Assembly: GCA_963695225.1 (NCBI GenBank)
Contig: OY968762.1
Coordinates: 2,016,001 to 2,080,000, forward strand
Direction of reading: 5' to 3'
Source of the DNA: Vulcanimicrobiota bacterium
Lineage (GTDB): Bacteria > Vulcanimicrobiota > Vulcanimicrobiia > Vulcanimicrobiales > Vulcanimicrobiaceae
DNA length: 64,000 nucleotides
In this document: positions 56,389 to 64,000 of the stretch, piece by piece
Layout: every line of letters starts with the position of its first letter
Position numbering within the stretch: position 1 is the first letter of the stretch
Notes under the pieces: generated by a model
What the model saw: only the letters and a program-made list of their open reading frames with translations
Database searches by the model: none
Told to the model about the DNA's origin: nothing
Position numbers and translations under genes: made by a program

Positions 56389-57419
56389 GGGTCGTCCTCG
56401 ACGCGCAGCTCGCGCTCGGCACGGCGACCGGGATCGGAGAGTACGCGCTGGGACTCGCGGCGGCGCTCCGCGAGCTCGGCTGCGACGCCGTCGCGGTTTC
56501 CGACGCGCGCTTCGATCCCTGGCGCTTCGATCGGCGCGTCCTCTGGGATCAAGTCTTGCTTCCGCTGCGCGCCGGGCGGGAACGCGCTGCGCTCTTGCAC
56601 TGCACCTCGGGGACGATGCCGCTGTTCTCCCCGCTTCCGATCGTCGCCACGGTCCACGACGTCGCGTGGTTGCGAGTGCAGAGGCACGCCCGCCCCTACG
56701 CGCGCTGGTACTTCGGGCGCTTCGCGCTCGAGCGCTACCGAGCTGCGCGCGGGATCATCGTCGATTCGGAGTTCTCGCGCGGCGAGTTGCTCGCGCTCGC
56801 GCCGCTCGCCCCGGAACGCGTAACGGTCGTCCATCCCGGCGTTGCAGCCGCGTTCGGCGAGGTCGTGCGGCGCCCCGCGGAAGAGCCGGTACTGCTTGCG
56901 GTCGGCACGGTCGAACGCCGCAAGAATCTCGCGGTCGTCATTCGCGCGCTGCCGGAACTCCCGGGCGTGCGGCTGCTCTCGTTCGGCCCCCCGACGCCGT
57001 ACCAAGCCGAGTGCGAAGCGCTGGCGCGCGAGCTCGGCGTCGCCTCGCGCGTCACGTTCGCCGGCTACCGGCCGCGCGCAGAACTCCTCGCGCAGTACGC
57101 GAACGCCGCGCTTGCCGTCGTCCCCTCGCGCTATGAAGGCTTCGGTTACGGCGTCGCGCAGGCGCTCTGCGCGGGGATCCCGCTCGTCGCCGCCGACGCG
57201 TCCTCGCTCCCGGAGGTCGCGGGCCCCGGCGTCCCGCTCGTCGCGCCGGACGACGCGTCGGCGTGGGCCCGCGCGATCGCCGCTGAGCTGGCGGCTCGCG
57301 AGGACGCGGAACGCCGCGCCGCAGCCCGCCGCCCCGCGTCGCTCGCGCGCTTCTCGTGGGCGAACGCCGCTCGCGCGACGTTCGCGTGTTACGAGCGCGC
57401 GCTGGCGGGCCGTCAGTAG
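56385..57419 (+). CDS. GT4 glycosyltransferase
   Basis: TGIGEY, TVHD, VGTVERRKNL, PSRYEGFG, SSLPEV, FSW; TTGA overlap. Confidence 0.88.
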   Translation: MRVVLDAQLALGTATGIGEYALGLAAALRELGCDAVAVSDARFDPWRFDRRVLWDQVLLPLRAGRERAALLHCTSGTMPLFSPLPIVATVHDVAWLRVQRHARPYARWYFGRFALERYRAARGIIVDSEFSRGELLALAPLAPERVTVVHPGVAAAFGEVVRRPAEEPVLLAVGTVERRKNLAVVIRALPELPGVRLLSFGPPTPYQAECEALARELGVASRVTFAGYRPRAELLAQYANAALAVVPSRYEGFGYGVAQALCAGIPLVAADASSLPEVAGPGVPLVAPDDASAWARAIAAELAAREDAERRAAARRPASLARFSWANAARATFACYERALAGRQ

Positions 57420-59092
57420 ATCGGCGAACCCGGCGTCCCCGGTGCGACGCTGCCGTCGTCCGGCGCGAACTCGAGCCGTAGCGGATACGACGATCCGCCT
57501 TCCGGCATCGTCACGATATCGGTGCGGATGAAGCCGCCCGGAGGGATCGTGTACTGGCGGAGCTTGTAATGCGTGAACGGGGCGAGCCGGTGCGCCTGCA
57601 CCGGGACGCGATCGATGATGAACGTCCCGGTGGCATATCCTCCGCGCGGATTCGCATAGAGCGCGATGTCGCGCGCGTTGCGCGGATCGTTGTTCACGAT
57701 GCGGACGGTGATCGCTTGCATTACGCCGTAATCGCCGGCGAGCGCTTCGCCTTCGCGCAGATTGGGGAGCGGAATCTGTCCGATCGGAATCTCGAGGTTC
57801 GGGCCTTCCGGGTCGTACGTGTATTCGAACGAGAACTCGGGGATCGGATAGACCCCGCGCGCGTGGCGCACTTCGCTGCGCAGCAGATCGGTCGCCGGGA
57901 TCGGTCCTTCCGCGGGGTCGTTCTCGTCCTGCGCGAGGAGCGCGAGGCGGAGCGGCGCGCCCTCGAGTTCGCGGAGCTGCAGCAGGTTGCTGACGATCGA
58001 GCCCGCGGGCAGCAGTTGGTCGACGACGTTCGCCGTCGTCCCGGGCGGGATCGTGATCACCGTCCCCTCGTTTTGCGATTCGTGAACGAGGAAGCGGTAC
58101 GTCGAGAGATGCCCGACTTCCATCTCGTTGGCGGCCGGCCCGGCTTGCCCGGAGATGAAGTGCAGCGTCGCCGGAAGGGCCGACGGGTTCTCGACCTTTA
58201 GCAGGATGCGGCGGTCGGGTTGACCTCCCGGATTGTAGTGGTAGTAAAGAAAGCGGTGCGCTTCGCGCGTCGAGAGGTCGGAGCTGAACAGCACGCCGTT
58301 TTCGCTGAGGCGCTCCGGAAAGTCGCTGACGAGCAGCGAGTTCGGATGGATGCGCGGCAGCGCGAAATTCTCGACGCGGACGCGCGTCGTCCCCTGCACC
58401 GTGAAGTAGTCCGCGCCTTGGATGATGAGCGGGACCTCGATCGTCGCGACGTTGTCGGCACGCAGCGGGCCGGAGTACGAAATCGTATCCGTCGAGGAGA
58501 CGATCTGCGCGTTCTCGCGCGGTCGCGCCTCGCGGAGCGCGGCGAGCACCGCTTGACGTTTGACGAACGCGTTCGAGGCGGGATTGCCGGTGATGCGGAT
58601 GGACGCATACGCTCCGACCGTCCCGGCCGGGTCCGCGACGCGAATCGGCACGTCGCGGGTGAGGCCGCGGCTATCCGCGATCGTCAGCGTCGTCGTGCCG
58701 AGCGCCTTCCCGGTGACCGTGACGATCCGCGTGACCTGATCGACGGTCGCGTCGGCGATCGTGGGGTCGGCGATCGTCAGCGAGATCGTGCCGAGCACGC
58801 TCATCACGCGCAGCTCTTGCCTGCCCCCCGGCACGACGCCGGAGGTCGGCGGCTCGACGATGATCGGCGGCTGCGTCGGGGACGCGGTCGGCGACGGCGT
58901 CGGCTCCGGAGAGGCCGTTTCCGCCGGGCTCGCTTCCGGCGAGGCGGCCGGCTCGGGAGGGGCCTCCGTCGCGGCTACGCCGGGTTGGGGGGTCGGCGGC
59001 GGCGCCGGCTGGCTGAAGGCCGCCCCGCCGATGCTGAGCATGAGCCAGACCGCGACCGTCCATCCCGCCCGCGGCCACCCGCGGTGCACCAT
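57413..59092 (-). CDS. Secreted hypothetical protein (Pro-rich linker, Ig-like pilus-N-type domain, uncharacterised C-domain)
   Basis: Signal peptide, PEPTPSPT linker, IADPTIADA..VTVTGKALGTTTLTI. Confidence 0.65.
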   Translation of the reverse strand: MVHRGWPRAGWTVAVWLMLSIGGAAFSQPAPPPTPQPGVAATEAPPEPAASPEASPAETASPEPTPSPTASPTQPPIIVEPPTSGVVPGGRQELRVMSVLGTISLTIADPTIADATVDQVTRIVTVTGKALGTTTLTIADSRGLTRDVPIRVADPAGTVGAYASIRITGNPASNAFVKRQAVLAALREARPRENAQIVSSTDTISYSGPLRADNVATIEVPLIIQGADYFTVQGTTRVRVENFALPRIHPNSLLVSDFPERLSENGVLFSSDLSTREAHRFLYYHYNPGGQPDRRILLKVENPSALPATLHFISGQAGPAANEMEVGHLSTYRFLVHESQNEGTVITIPPGTTANVVDQLLPAGSIVSNLLQLRELEGAPLRLALLAQDENDPAEGPIPATDLLRSEVRHARGVYPIPEFSFEYTYDPEGPNLEIPIGQIPLPNLREGEALAGDYGVMQAITVRIVNNDPRNARDIALYANPRGGYATGTFIIDRVPVQAHRLAPFTHYKLRQYTIPPGGFIRTDIVTMPEGGSSYPLRLEFAPDDGSVAPGTPGSPIY

Positions 59093-59105
59093 GGAACCTC
59101 TCGTC

Positions 59106-60758
59106 TTATGCGATTTTCGCTTCGTGGCTCACGGCTGAAGCGAGCAACGTCTTGTACCCGACGCTGGGGAACAAGACGGTTACGAAGTCTTTCTCCGTGC
59201 GCTCGATCGTGCCTTGCCCGAACTTCGGGTGCGTGACGACGTCCGCGATTCGAAATCCGGAGGGCGCCGGCGCCGACCGTGCGGGTGCCGGGCGCTCGGC
59301 GCGCTTGCGGCAATTGTCGCACGCGCCGCAACCTTCGCGTTCGAACTCCTCGCCGAAGTAGTTCAGGATGAACTTGCGGCGACAGGCGTCGGTCTCGCAG
59401 TACTGCAACACCATCGCGAGCTTGCTCTGATCGTACGCTTTCTTCGTCTCGTAGTTCGCGAGATTGAGAACGAGTGCCGGGTTCTTTTTGGCCTGCGGCG
59501 TCAGCGCGTAGCGCGAGCGGCTGCGCAGTTGGATGAACTCGGCCTTCTTGAGCAGGGCTAGGACGACTTTGAGCTTCGTCAGCGGCAGGAGCGAGATCTT
59601 GCGCAAGTCCGTTAGCGAGACGCCGCCTTCTTGCGTGTCGAAGTAGTCCAGCGTCGCGTAGACTTTCTGCACTTCCTCGATCGCGGGGTACTTCCCGGTG
59701 AGGAAGTAGTTTTGAACGCGCGTATCGCTCATTCGGTAGAGCAGGATGCAGCGCGAGCGATCGCCGTCGCGACCGGCGCGCCCCGCTTCCTGCGTGTAGG
59801 CTTCGACCGAACCCGGCAGATCGTAGTGGATCACGAAGCGGATGTTCGGCTTGTCGATTCCGAGGCCGAAGGCGTTCGTCGCGACGACTGCGCGGATCGT
59901 CTCGTTCATGAACAGCTCGTGCACGGAGACGCGATCGTGCTTCTGCAACTTCGAGTGATAGACCGCGGCCGGCAGGTCGAGCGCGTCGTGTAGGAACCGC
60001 TGCACTTCGAGCGCGTTCTTGATCGTCGCGGTGTAGATGATCCCGGTGCCGTCGAGGCTGCGCGCGGTGAACAGCTCGCGCAGGTGCTTGAGCTTCGCGC
60101 TCTCGTTCTCGGAACGGAGGACTTCGTACTGGAGGTTCGGGCGGTCGAAGCCCTTGACGATCGTCTTCGTCCCGGGGATGCCGAGTTGGATCAGGATGTC
60201 TTCCCGCACCGCGGGCGTGGCCGTAGCCGTAAGCGCGAGGACCGTGGGGTGCCCGAGCTCCGCGATCGCGTGCGCGAGCGCGAGGTATGCGGGCCGGAAA
60301 TCGTGCCCCCACGCGCTGATGCAGTGCGCCTCGTCGACGACGAACAGCGGGACGTGCAGCGCCTTGAGGATCGAGATGAACGCCTCGTCCTCGAGCTTCT
60401 CCGGCGTTACGAACACGATCTTGATCGCGCCGCTGCGAATCCGTTCGAGCGCGAGCAGTTCCTGGTCTTCGCCGAGCGTCGAGTTCAGCGCGATCGTCTC
60501 GTTGACGCCGAGCGCGGAGAGCATATCGAGCTGATCTTTCATCAGCGCGATCAGCGGGCTGACGACGACGGTCGTCCCTCGCAGGAGCATCGCGGGCAGC
60601 TGGTAGCACAGGCTCTTCCCGGCGCCCGTCGCCAAAATCGCAAGCGTGTCTTGACCGTCGAGCACGCGCTTGACGATCTCTTCTTGGCCCGGGTTGAAGC
60701 GCTCGAATCCGAAGACTCGGGTGAGCGCCTCTTCTAACTCCTCGGGTCGGGTCGGCAC
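59106..60758 (-). CDS. recQ: RecQ-family ATP-dependent DNA helicase
   Basis: TGAGKSLCYQLP, VDEAHCISAWGHDFRP, ATNAFGLGIDK, QEAGRAGRDG, CRR..L.YFGE, CGACDNC. Confidence 0.93.
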   Translation of the reverse strand: MPTRPEELEEALTRVFGFERFNPGQEEIVKRVLDGQDTLAILATGAGKSLCYQLPAMLLRGTTVVVSPLIALMKDQLDMLSALGVNETIALNSTLGEDQELLALERIRSGAIKIVFVTPEKLEDEAFISILKALHVPLFVVDEAHCISAWGHDFRPAYLALAHAIAELGHPTVLALTATATPAVREDILIQLGIPGTKTIVKGFDRPNLQYEVLRSENESAKLKHLRELFTARSLDGTGIIYTATIKNALEVQRFLHDALDLPAAVYHSKLQKHDRVSVHELFMNETIRAVVATNAFGLGIDKPNIRFVIHYDLPGSVEAYTQEAGRAGRDGDRSRCILLYRMSDTRVQNYFLTGKYPAIEEVQKVYATLDYFDTQEGGVSLTDLRKISLLPLTKLKVVLALLKKAEFIQLRSRSRYALTPQAKKNPALVLNLANYETKKAYDQSKLAMVLQYCETDACRRKFILNYFGEEFEREGCGACDNCRKRAERPAPARSAPAPSGFRIADVVTHPKFGQGTIERTEKDFVTVLFPSVGYKTLLASAVSHEAKIA

Positions 60759-60888
60759 GCTTCTCTCTCGCTTTCGAATAATACAACGCTCGGCAACGGC
60801 TATTAGCTTCGTTGCTGGACGGACGGTACTCAGGTACCCCGGCGCCAAGCTGTCCAAACAGGGTAGGTTCTCCGCCCGGCCTAAGTCA

Positions 60889-62532
60889 ATGGTCGTGTCT
60901 CTCTATCGAACGTGGCGTCCGAAGTCGTTCGCCGAGCTGGTCGGGCAGGACGCGGTAGTGCGCACGCTTCGAACGGCGCTGACCGGCGGGAAGCTCGCGC
61001 ACGCGTACCTCTTCTCCGGCCCGCGCGGGAGCGGCAAGACCTCGGCTGCCAAGATACTGGCGCGCTGCATCAATTGCGAGCGCGGGCCGACCGCCGACCC
61101 CGACAACACCTGCCCGAATTGCCGGGCGATCTTAGCCGGGACGGCGATCGACGTGCTGGAGATCGACGCGGCGAGCAATCGCGGGATCGAAGACATCCGG
61201 ACGATTCGGGAAGCCGTCAAGTTCGCGCCGTCGGCCATGCGCTCCAAGGTCTACATCGTCGACGAAGCGCACATGCTGACTCGCGAGGGCGCGAACGCGT
61301 TCTTGAAGACGCTGGAAGAGCCGCCGCCGCACGTCGTCTTCATCCTGGCGACGACCGAACCCGAGAAGCTCCCGCCGACGATTCTCTCGCGCTGCCAGCG
61401 CTACGCGTTCCGGCGCATCCCGGTCGCGACGATGATCGAGCAGATGCGGGGGATCGCGGCTGCCGAATCGATCGCGATCGACGACGCCGCACTCGGTGCG
61501 ATCGCCTACCGGGCCGACGGGGGCTTGCGGGACGCGTTGACGATGCTGGAGCAGGTCGCGGCCTTCGCGGACGGCCCGGTCGACGCGGCGACGGTGGACG
61601 CGGCCTTCGGGTCGAGCGGCCGGCAATTCGCGCGGGCGCTCGCCGCGGCCGTTCTCGAGAACGATGCGGCCGCCGCCTTGCGCGTCATCGACGAGGCGAG
61701 CGACGCGGGGACCGACATGCTCGCGTTGACGCGCGCGACGATCGGCGAGTACCGTCACCTCCTCGTCGCGCGGATCAATCCCGAGCTCCTCGCGCGGGAC
61801 CTCTCGCCGGGCGACGCCGAGGCGGCGCAAGCAATGGCGGCGCGAACGCCGCAGCCGAAGGTGATACGCGGGTTGCGCCTGCTCGGCGACGCGCTCGGGG
61901 CGGCCCGGCTCTCCGGGAATCCGCGCCTCGAACTGGAGACCGCGGTGCTTCGGCTCGCCGTCCTCGGCGAGGATCCGACGCTCGATGCCCTGGCGACGCG
62001 CGTCCAGCTCCTGGAGAGCCGCCTCGAAGGCCGCGAGCCCGCCGTCCCGCAGCCCGCCCCTCCGCCGCCCCGGCCCGCTCCGCCGATCTCGGCCGCGCCG
62101 GCGGCGCCCGTCACGCCCCCTCCCGCGGACCCGGCACCGGTCGATGCCGCGCCCGAGCCGACGCTGCAGCGGGTCCGCTCGCTCTGGCCGAGCGTGCGCA
62201 CGCGGGCCGAAGGGGAGAAGATGTCGATGCGCGCCGCGCTCTCTCGCGCCATCGTCGACGAGCTCGACGGCAAGGTCCTCACGCTGCGTTTGGCGGACGA
62301 GTCGATGGCAAGCTTCCTGCGCGACAACCTGACGATCCTCGAACGCGCGGTGGCGGACGCGCTCGGGACGAAGCTCGCAATCGCCGTCCGCGTCGACGGC
62401 GCGCCCCGGGCGGCGCGCCCCGCCGCGGTCCACTCCGCGAAACCCGCGGAGAGCGAACCCATCGACGCCTCGCTCGGACTCTTGGAATACGCAAAGCTGA
62501 AATTCGGCGGAACGGAGTACGGAGAATCATGA
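60889..62532 (+). CDS. dnaX: DNA polymerase III subunit gamma/tau
   Basis: LYRTWRP, HAYLFSGPRGSGKT, EIDAASN, DEAHML, SRCQ. Confidence 0.95.
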   Translation: MVVSLYRTWRPKSFAELVGQDAVVRTLRTALTGGKLAHAYLFSGPRGSGKTSAAKILARCINCERGPTADPDNTCPNCRAILAGTAIDVLEIDAASNRGIEDIRTIREAVKFAPSAMRSKVYIVDEAHMLTREGANAFLKTLEEPPPHVVFILATTEPEKLPPTILSRCQRYAFRRIPVATMIEQMRGIAAAESIAIDDAALGAIAYRADGGLRDALTMLEQVAAFADGPVDAATVDAAFGSSGRQFARALAAAVLENDAAAALRVIDEASDAGTDMLALTRATIGEYRHLLVARINPELLARDLSPGDAEAAQAMAARTPQPKVIRGLRLLGDALGAARLSGNPRLELETAVLRLAVLGEDPTLDALATRVQLLESRLEGREPAVPQPAPPPPRPAPPISAAPAAPVTPPPADPAPVDAAPEPTLQRVRSLWPSVRTRAEGEKMSMRAALSRAIVDELDGKVLTLRLADESMASFLRDNLTILERAVADALGTKLAIAVRVDGAPRAARPAAVHSAKPAESEPIDASLGLLEYAKLKFGGTEYGES

Positions 62533-62837
62533 ATCAGAACCAGATGATGCAACAAGTCCGCCGGATGCAGGCGGAGATGGAAAAGGCGCAAGATGAGCTC
62601 GCCAATACGACCGTCTCGGCGAGCTCCGGCGGCGGGGCCGTTTCGGTCGTGATGGCATGCAATCACGCCGTGCAATCGGTGAAGCTTGCCCCGGAGGTCG
62701 TCGACCCGAACGATATCGAGACGCTCGAGGATCTGCTCGTCGTCGCGATCAACGAGGCGACCGCGAAGGCGCAGGAGACGTCGAACCGGCGGCTCGGCGC
62801 GGTGACCGGCGGAATCAAGATCCCGGGGATCATGTAG
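62529..62837 (+). CDS. ybaB: YbaB/EbfC nucleoid-associated protein
   Basis: MQQV.RMQ, SGGGAV.V, DIETLEDL...AINEA. Confidence 0.92.
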   Translation: MNQNQMMQQVRRMQAEMEKAQDELANTTVSASSGGGAVSVVMACNHAVQSVKLAPEVVDPNDIETLEDLLVVAINEATAKAQETSNRRLGAVTGGIKIPGIM

Positions 62838-63440
62838 CTGGCAAACCCGATCGCGGGCCCCGTTCAAAGCCTGATCAACGAGTTCAGCAAGCTTCCGACC
62901 GTGGGCCCGAAGACCGCCGCGCGGCTCGTCTTCCATCTCCTCAACCGTCCGCGCGCCGAGGCGCAAGCGCTCGCCGACGCGATCCTCGCGCTCAAGGATC
63001 GCGTCCGTTTGTGTTCGCGTTGCTTTTCGATCACCGAGGAGGATCCGTGCGCGATCTGCGGAGACGTCCGGCGAGATGCCGGCGTGCTGTGCGTCGTCGC
63101 GGAGGCGAAGGACGTCTTCGCGATCGAGCGGACCTCGGCGTTCCGCGGGCGCTATCACGTCCTCGGCGGTTTGATCTCGCCGATGGACGGCGTGGGGCCG
63201 GCGCAGCTTCGCATCAAGGAATTGATCGAACGGGTCGGGCGCGAGGGCGCAGCGGAAGTCATCGTCGCGACTAATCCGAACGCTGAAGGCGAGGCGACCG
63301 CGCTCTACCTGTGCCGCCTGATCGCGCCGAGCGGCGTCCGCGTGACGCGCCTCGCGTACGGCCTGCCGATCGGCGGCGACCTCGACTACGCGGACGAGGT
63401 GACGCTGGCGAAAGCGCTCGAAGGACGCCGCGTGATGTGA
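62838..63440 (+). CDS. recR: Recombination mediator RecR
   Basis: LINEFSKLPTVGPKTA.R, C4 zinc finger, YHVLGG.ISP, EGEATA, GDLDYAD; probable CTG start. Confidence 0.93.
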   Translation: MANPIAGPVQSLINEFSKLPTVGPKTAARLVFHLLNRPRAEAQALADAILALKDRVRLCSRCFSITEEDPCAICGDVRRDAGVLCVVAEAKDVFAIERTSAFRGRYHVLGGLISPMDGVGPAQLRIKELIERVGREGAAEVIVATNPNAEGEATALYLCRLIAPSGVRVTRLAYGLPIGGDLDYADEVTLAKALEGRRVM

Positions 63441-63455
63441 ACTGGCCCCCGCGCG

Positions 63456-64000
63456 CTAGTCGCGCGAGCGGCGCGAGAACAGCGTGAGGTAGTAGAGCAG
63501 CGTCCCGATCGATTGGAGGGCCGCGGCGACGTACGTCAGGGCGGCCGCTTGCAGCACCTTCTCCGCGCCGCCGAGTTCGGCGCCTTGCAGCACGCCGTTC
63601 GCGCGCAGCAGGATCAGCCCGCGGCGGCTCGCGTCGAACTCGACCGGGAGCGTCACGAGCGAGAAGACGGCGGCGCCGCTGAACGCCGCGATGCCGATCA
63701 GCGCGAGCGGCTGCGAGTTGAGGTAGAGCCCGGCGATGAACATCAGCGGGCCGACCCATGCCCCCACGCTCACCGCGGGGACGATCGCGCCCCGCAGCTT
63801 GAGCGGCCCATAGCCCTCGGCGTCCTGGAGCGCGTGCCCCATTTCGTGCGCGACGACCGCGACGGAGGCGATCGACGCATCGACCGACGTTTCGGAGAGG
63901 TTGATCGTCTTGTTTCGCGGGTCGTAGTAGTCGGTGAGCGAGCCGCCCGTTCGCTCGACGCCGATGCGCAGCCCCGAGGCGGACATGAACGTCTGCGCGG
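63456..64000 (-). CDS. Membrane zinc metallopeptidase (YugP-like), 5'-partial
   Basis: LTDYYDP, VVAHEMGHALQ, VTLPVEFDASRR, AAALTYVAA. Confidence 0.88.
   Translation of the reverse strand, partial: AQTFMSASGLRIGVERTGGSLTDYYDPRNKTINLSETSVDASIASVAVVAHEMGHALQDAEGYGPLKLRGAIVPAVSVGAWVGPLMFIAGLYLNSQPLALIGIAAFSGAAVFSLVTLPVEFDASRRGLILLRANGVLQGAELGGAEKVLQAAALTYVAAALQSIGTLLYYLTLFSRRSRD

Noticed and set aside
60759..60888. SRP RNA (ffs), often found upstream of dnaX
   Set aside because: No conserved SRP domain IV motif (CAGG..GGAAG.AGCAG) on either strand; the gap looks like a divergent promoter region.
60889..62532. Programmed frameshift or slippage site in dnaX
   Set aside because: No A AAA AAG heptamer or poly-A run seen.

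Overview
GC-rich bacterial chromosomal window containing the replication origin. The core is mnmG/rsmG/parAB and mnmE-jag-yidC-yidD-rnpA-rpmH on the minus strand, with dnaA-dnaN-recF-dciA-gyrB on the plus strand. DnaA boxes flank dnaA, a tandem-box plus DnaA-trio unwinding element lies before dnaN, and two parS sites lie upstream of parA. A large Terrabacteria-type outer-membrane cluster follows: tamB, bamA, three ompH-like genes, lpxD/lpxC/fabZ/lpxA/lpxB, a metallophosphoesterase, an LpxB-like glycosyltransferase, an O-antigen-ligase-like gene, lptC/lptB/lptFG, DUF3084 and a YqgF-like gene. After it come a MazEF-like toxin-antitoxin pair, an SLH-porin, recQ and dnaX-ybaB-recR. Gene content suggests a diderm Terrabacterium, possibly Vulcanimicrobiota/Eremiobacterota (inference only). 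The most notable observations are: (1) two ~151-bp intergenic three-helix elements with almost identical loop motifs but rewritten, still-pairing stems; (2) a UshA-type metallophosphoesterase with GNRE instead of GNHE, coupled to lpxB in an operon lacking lpxH/lpxI, a candidate new lipid A pathway enzyme; (3) a 43-bp duplication of the gyrB 3' end resembling an att scar; (4) several genes apparently starting at CTG or ATT; and (5) a WYL regulator plus secreted metalloprotease insertion between mnmE and mnmG. No rRNA, tRNA, CRISPR array, transposase or integrase was recognised. All family calls come from motif recognition by eye, not from database searches.
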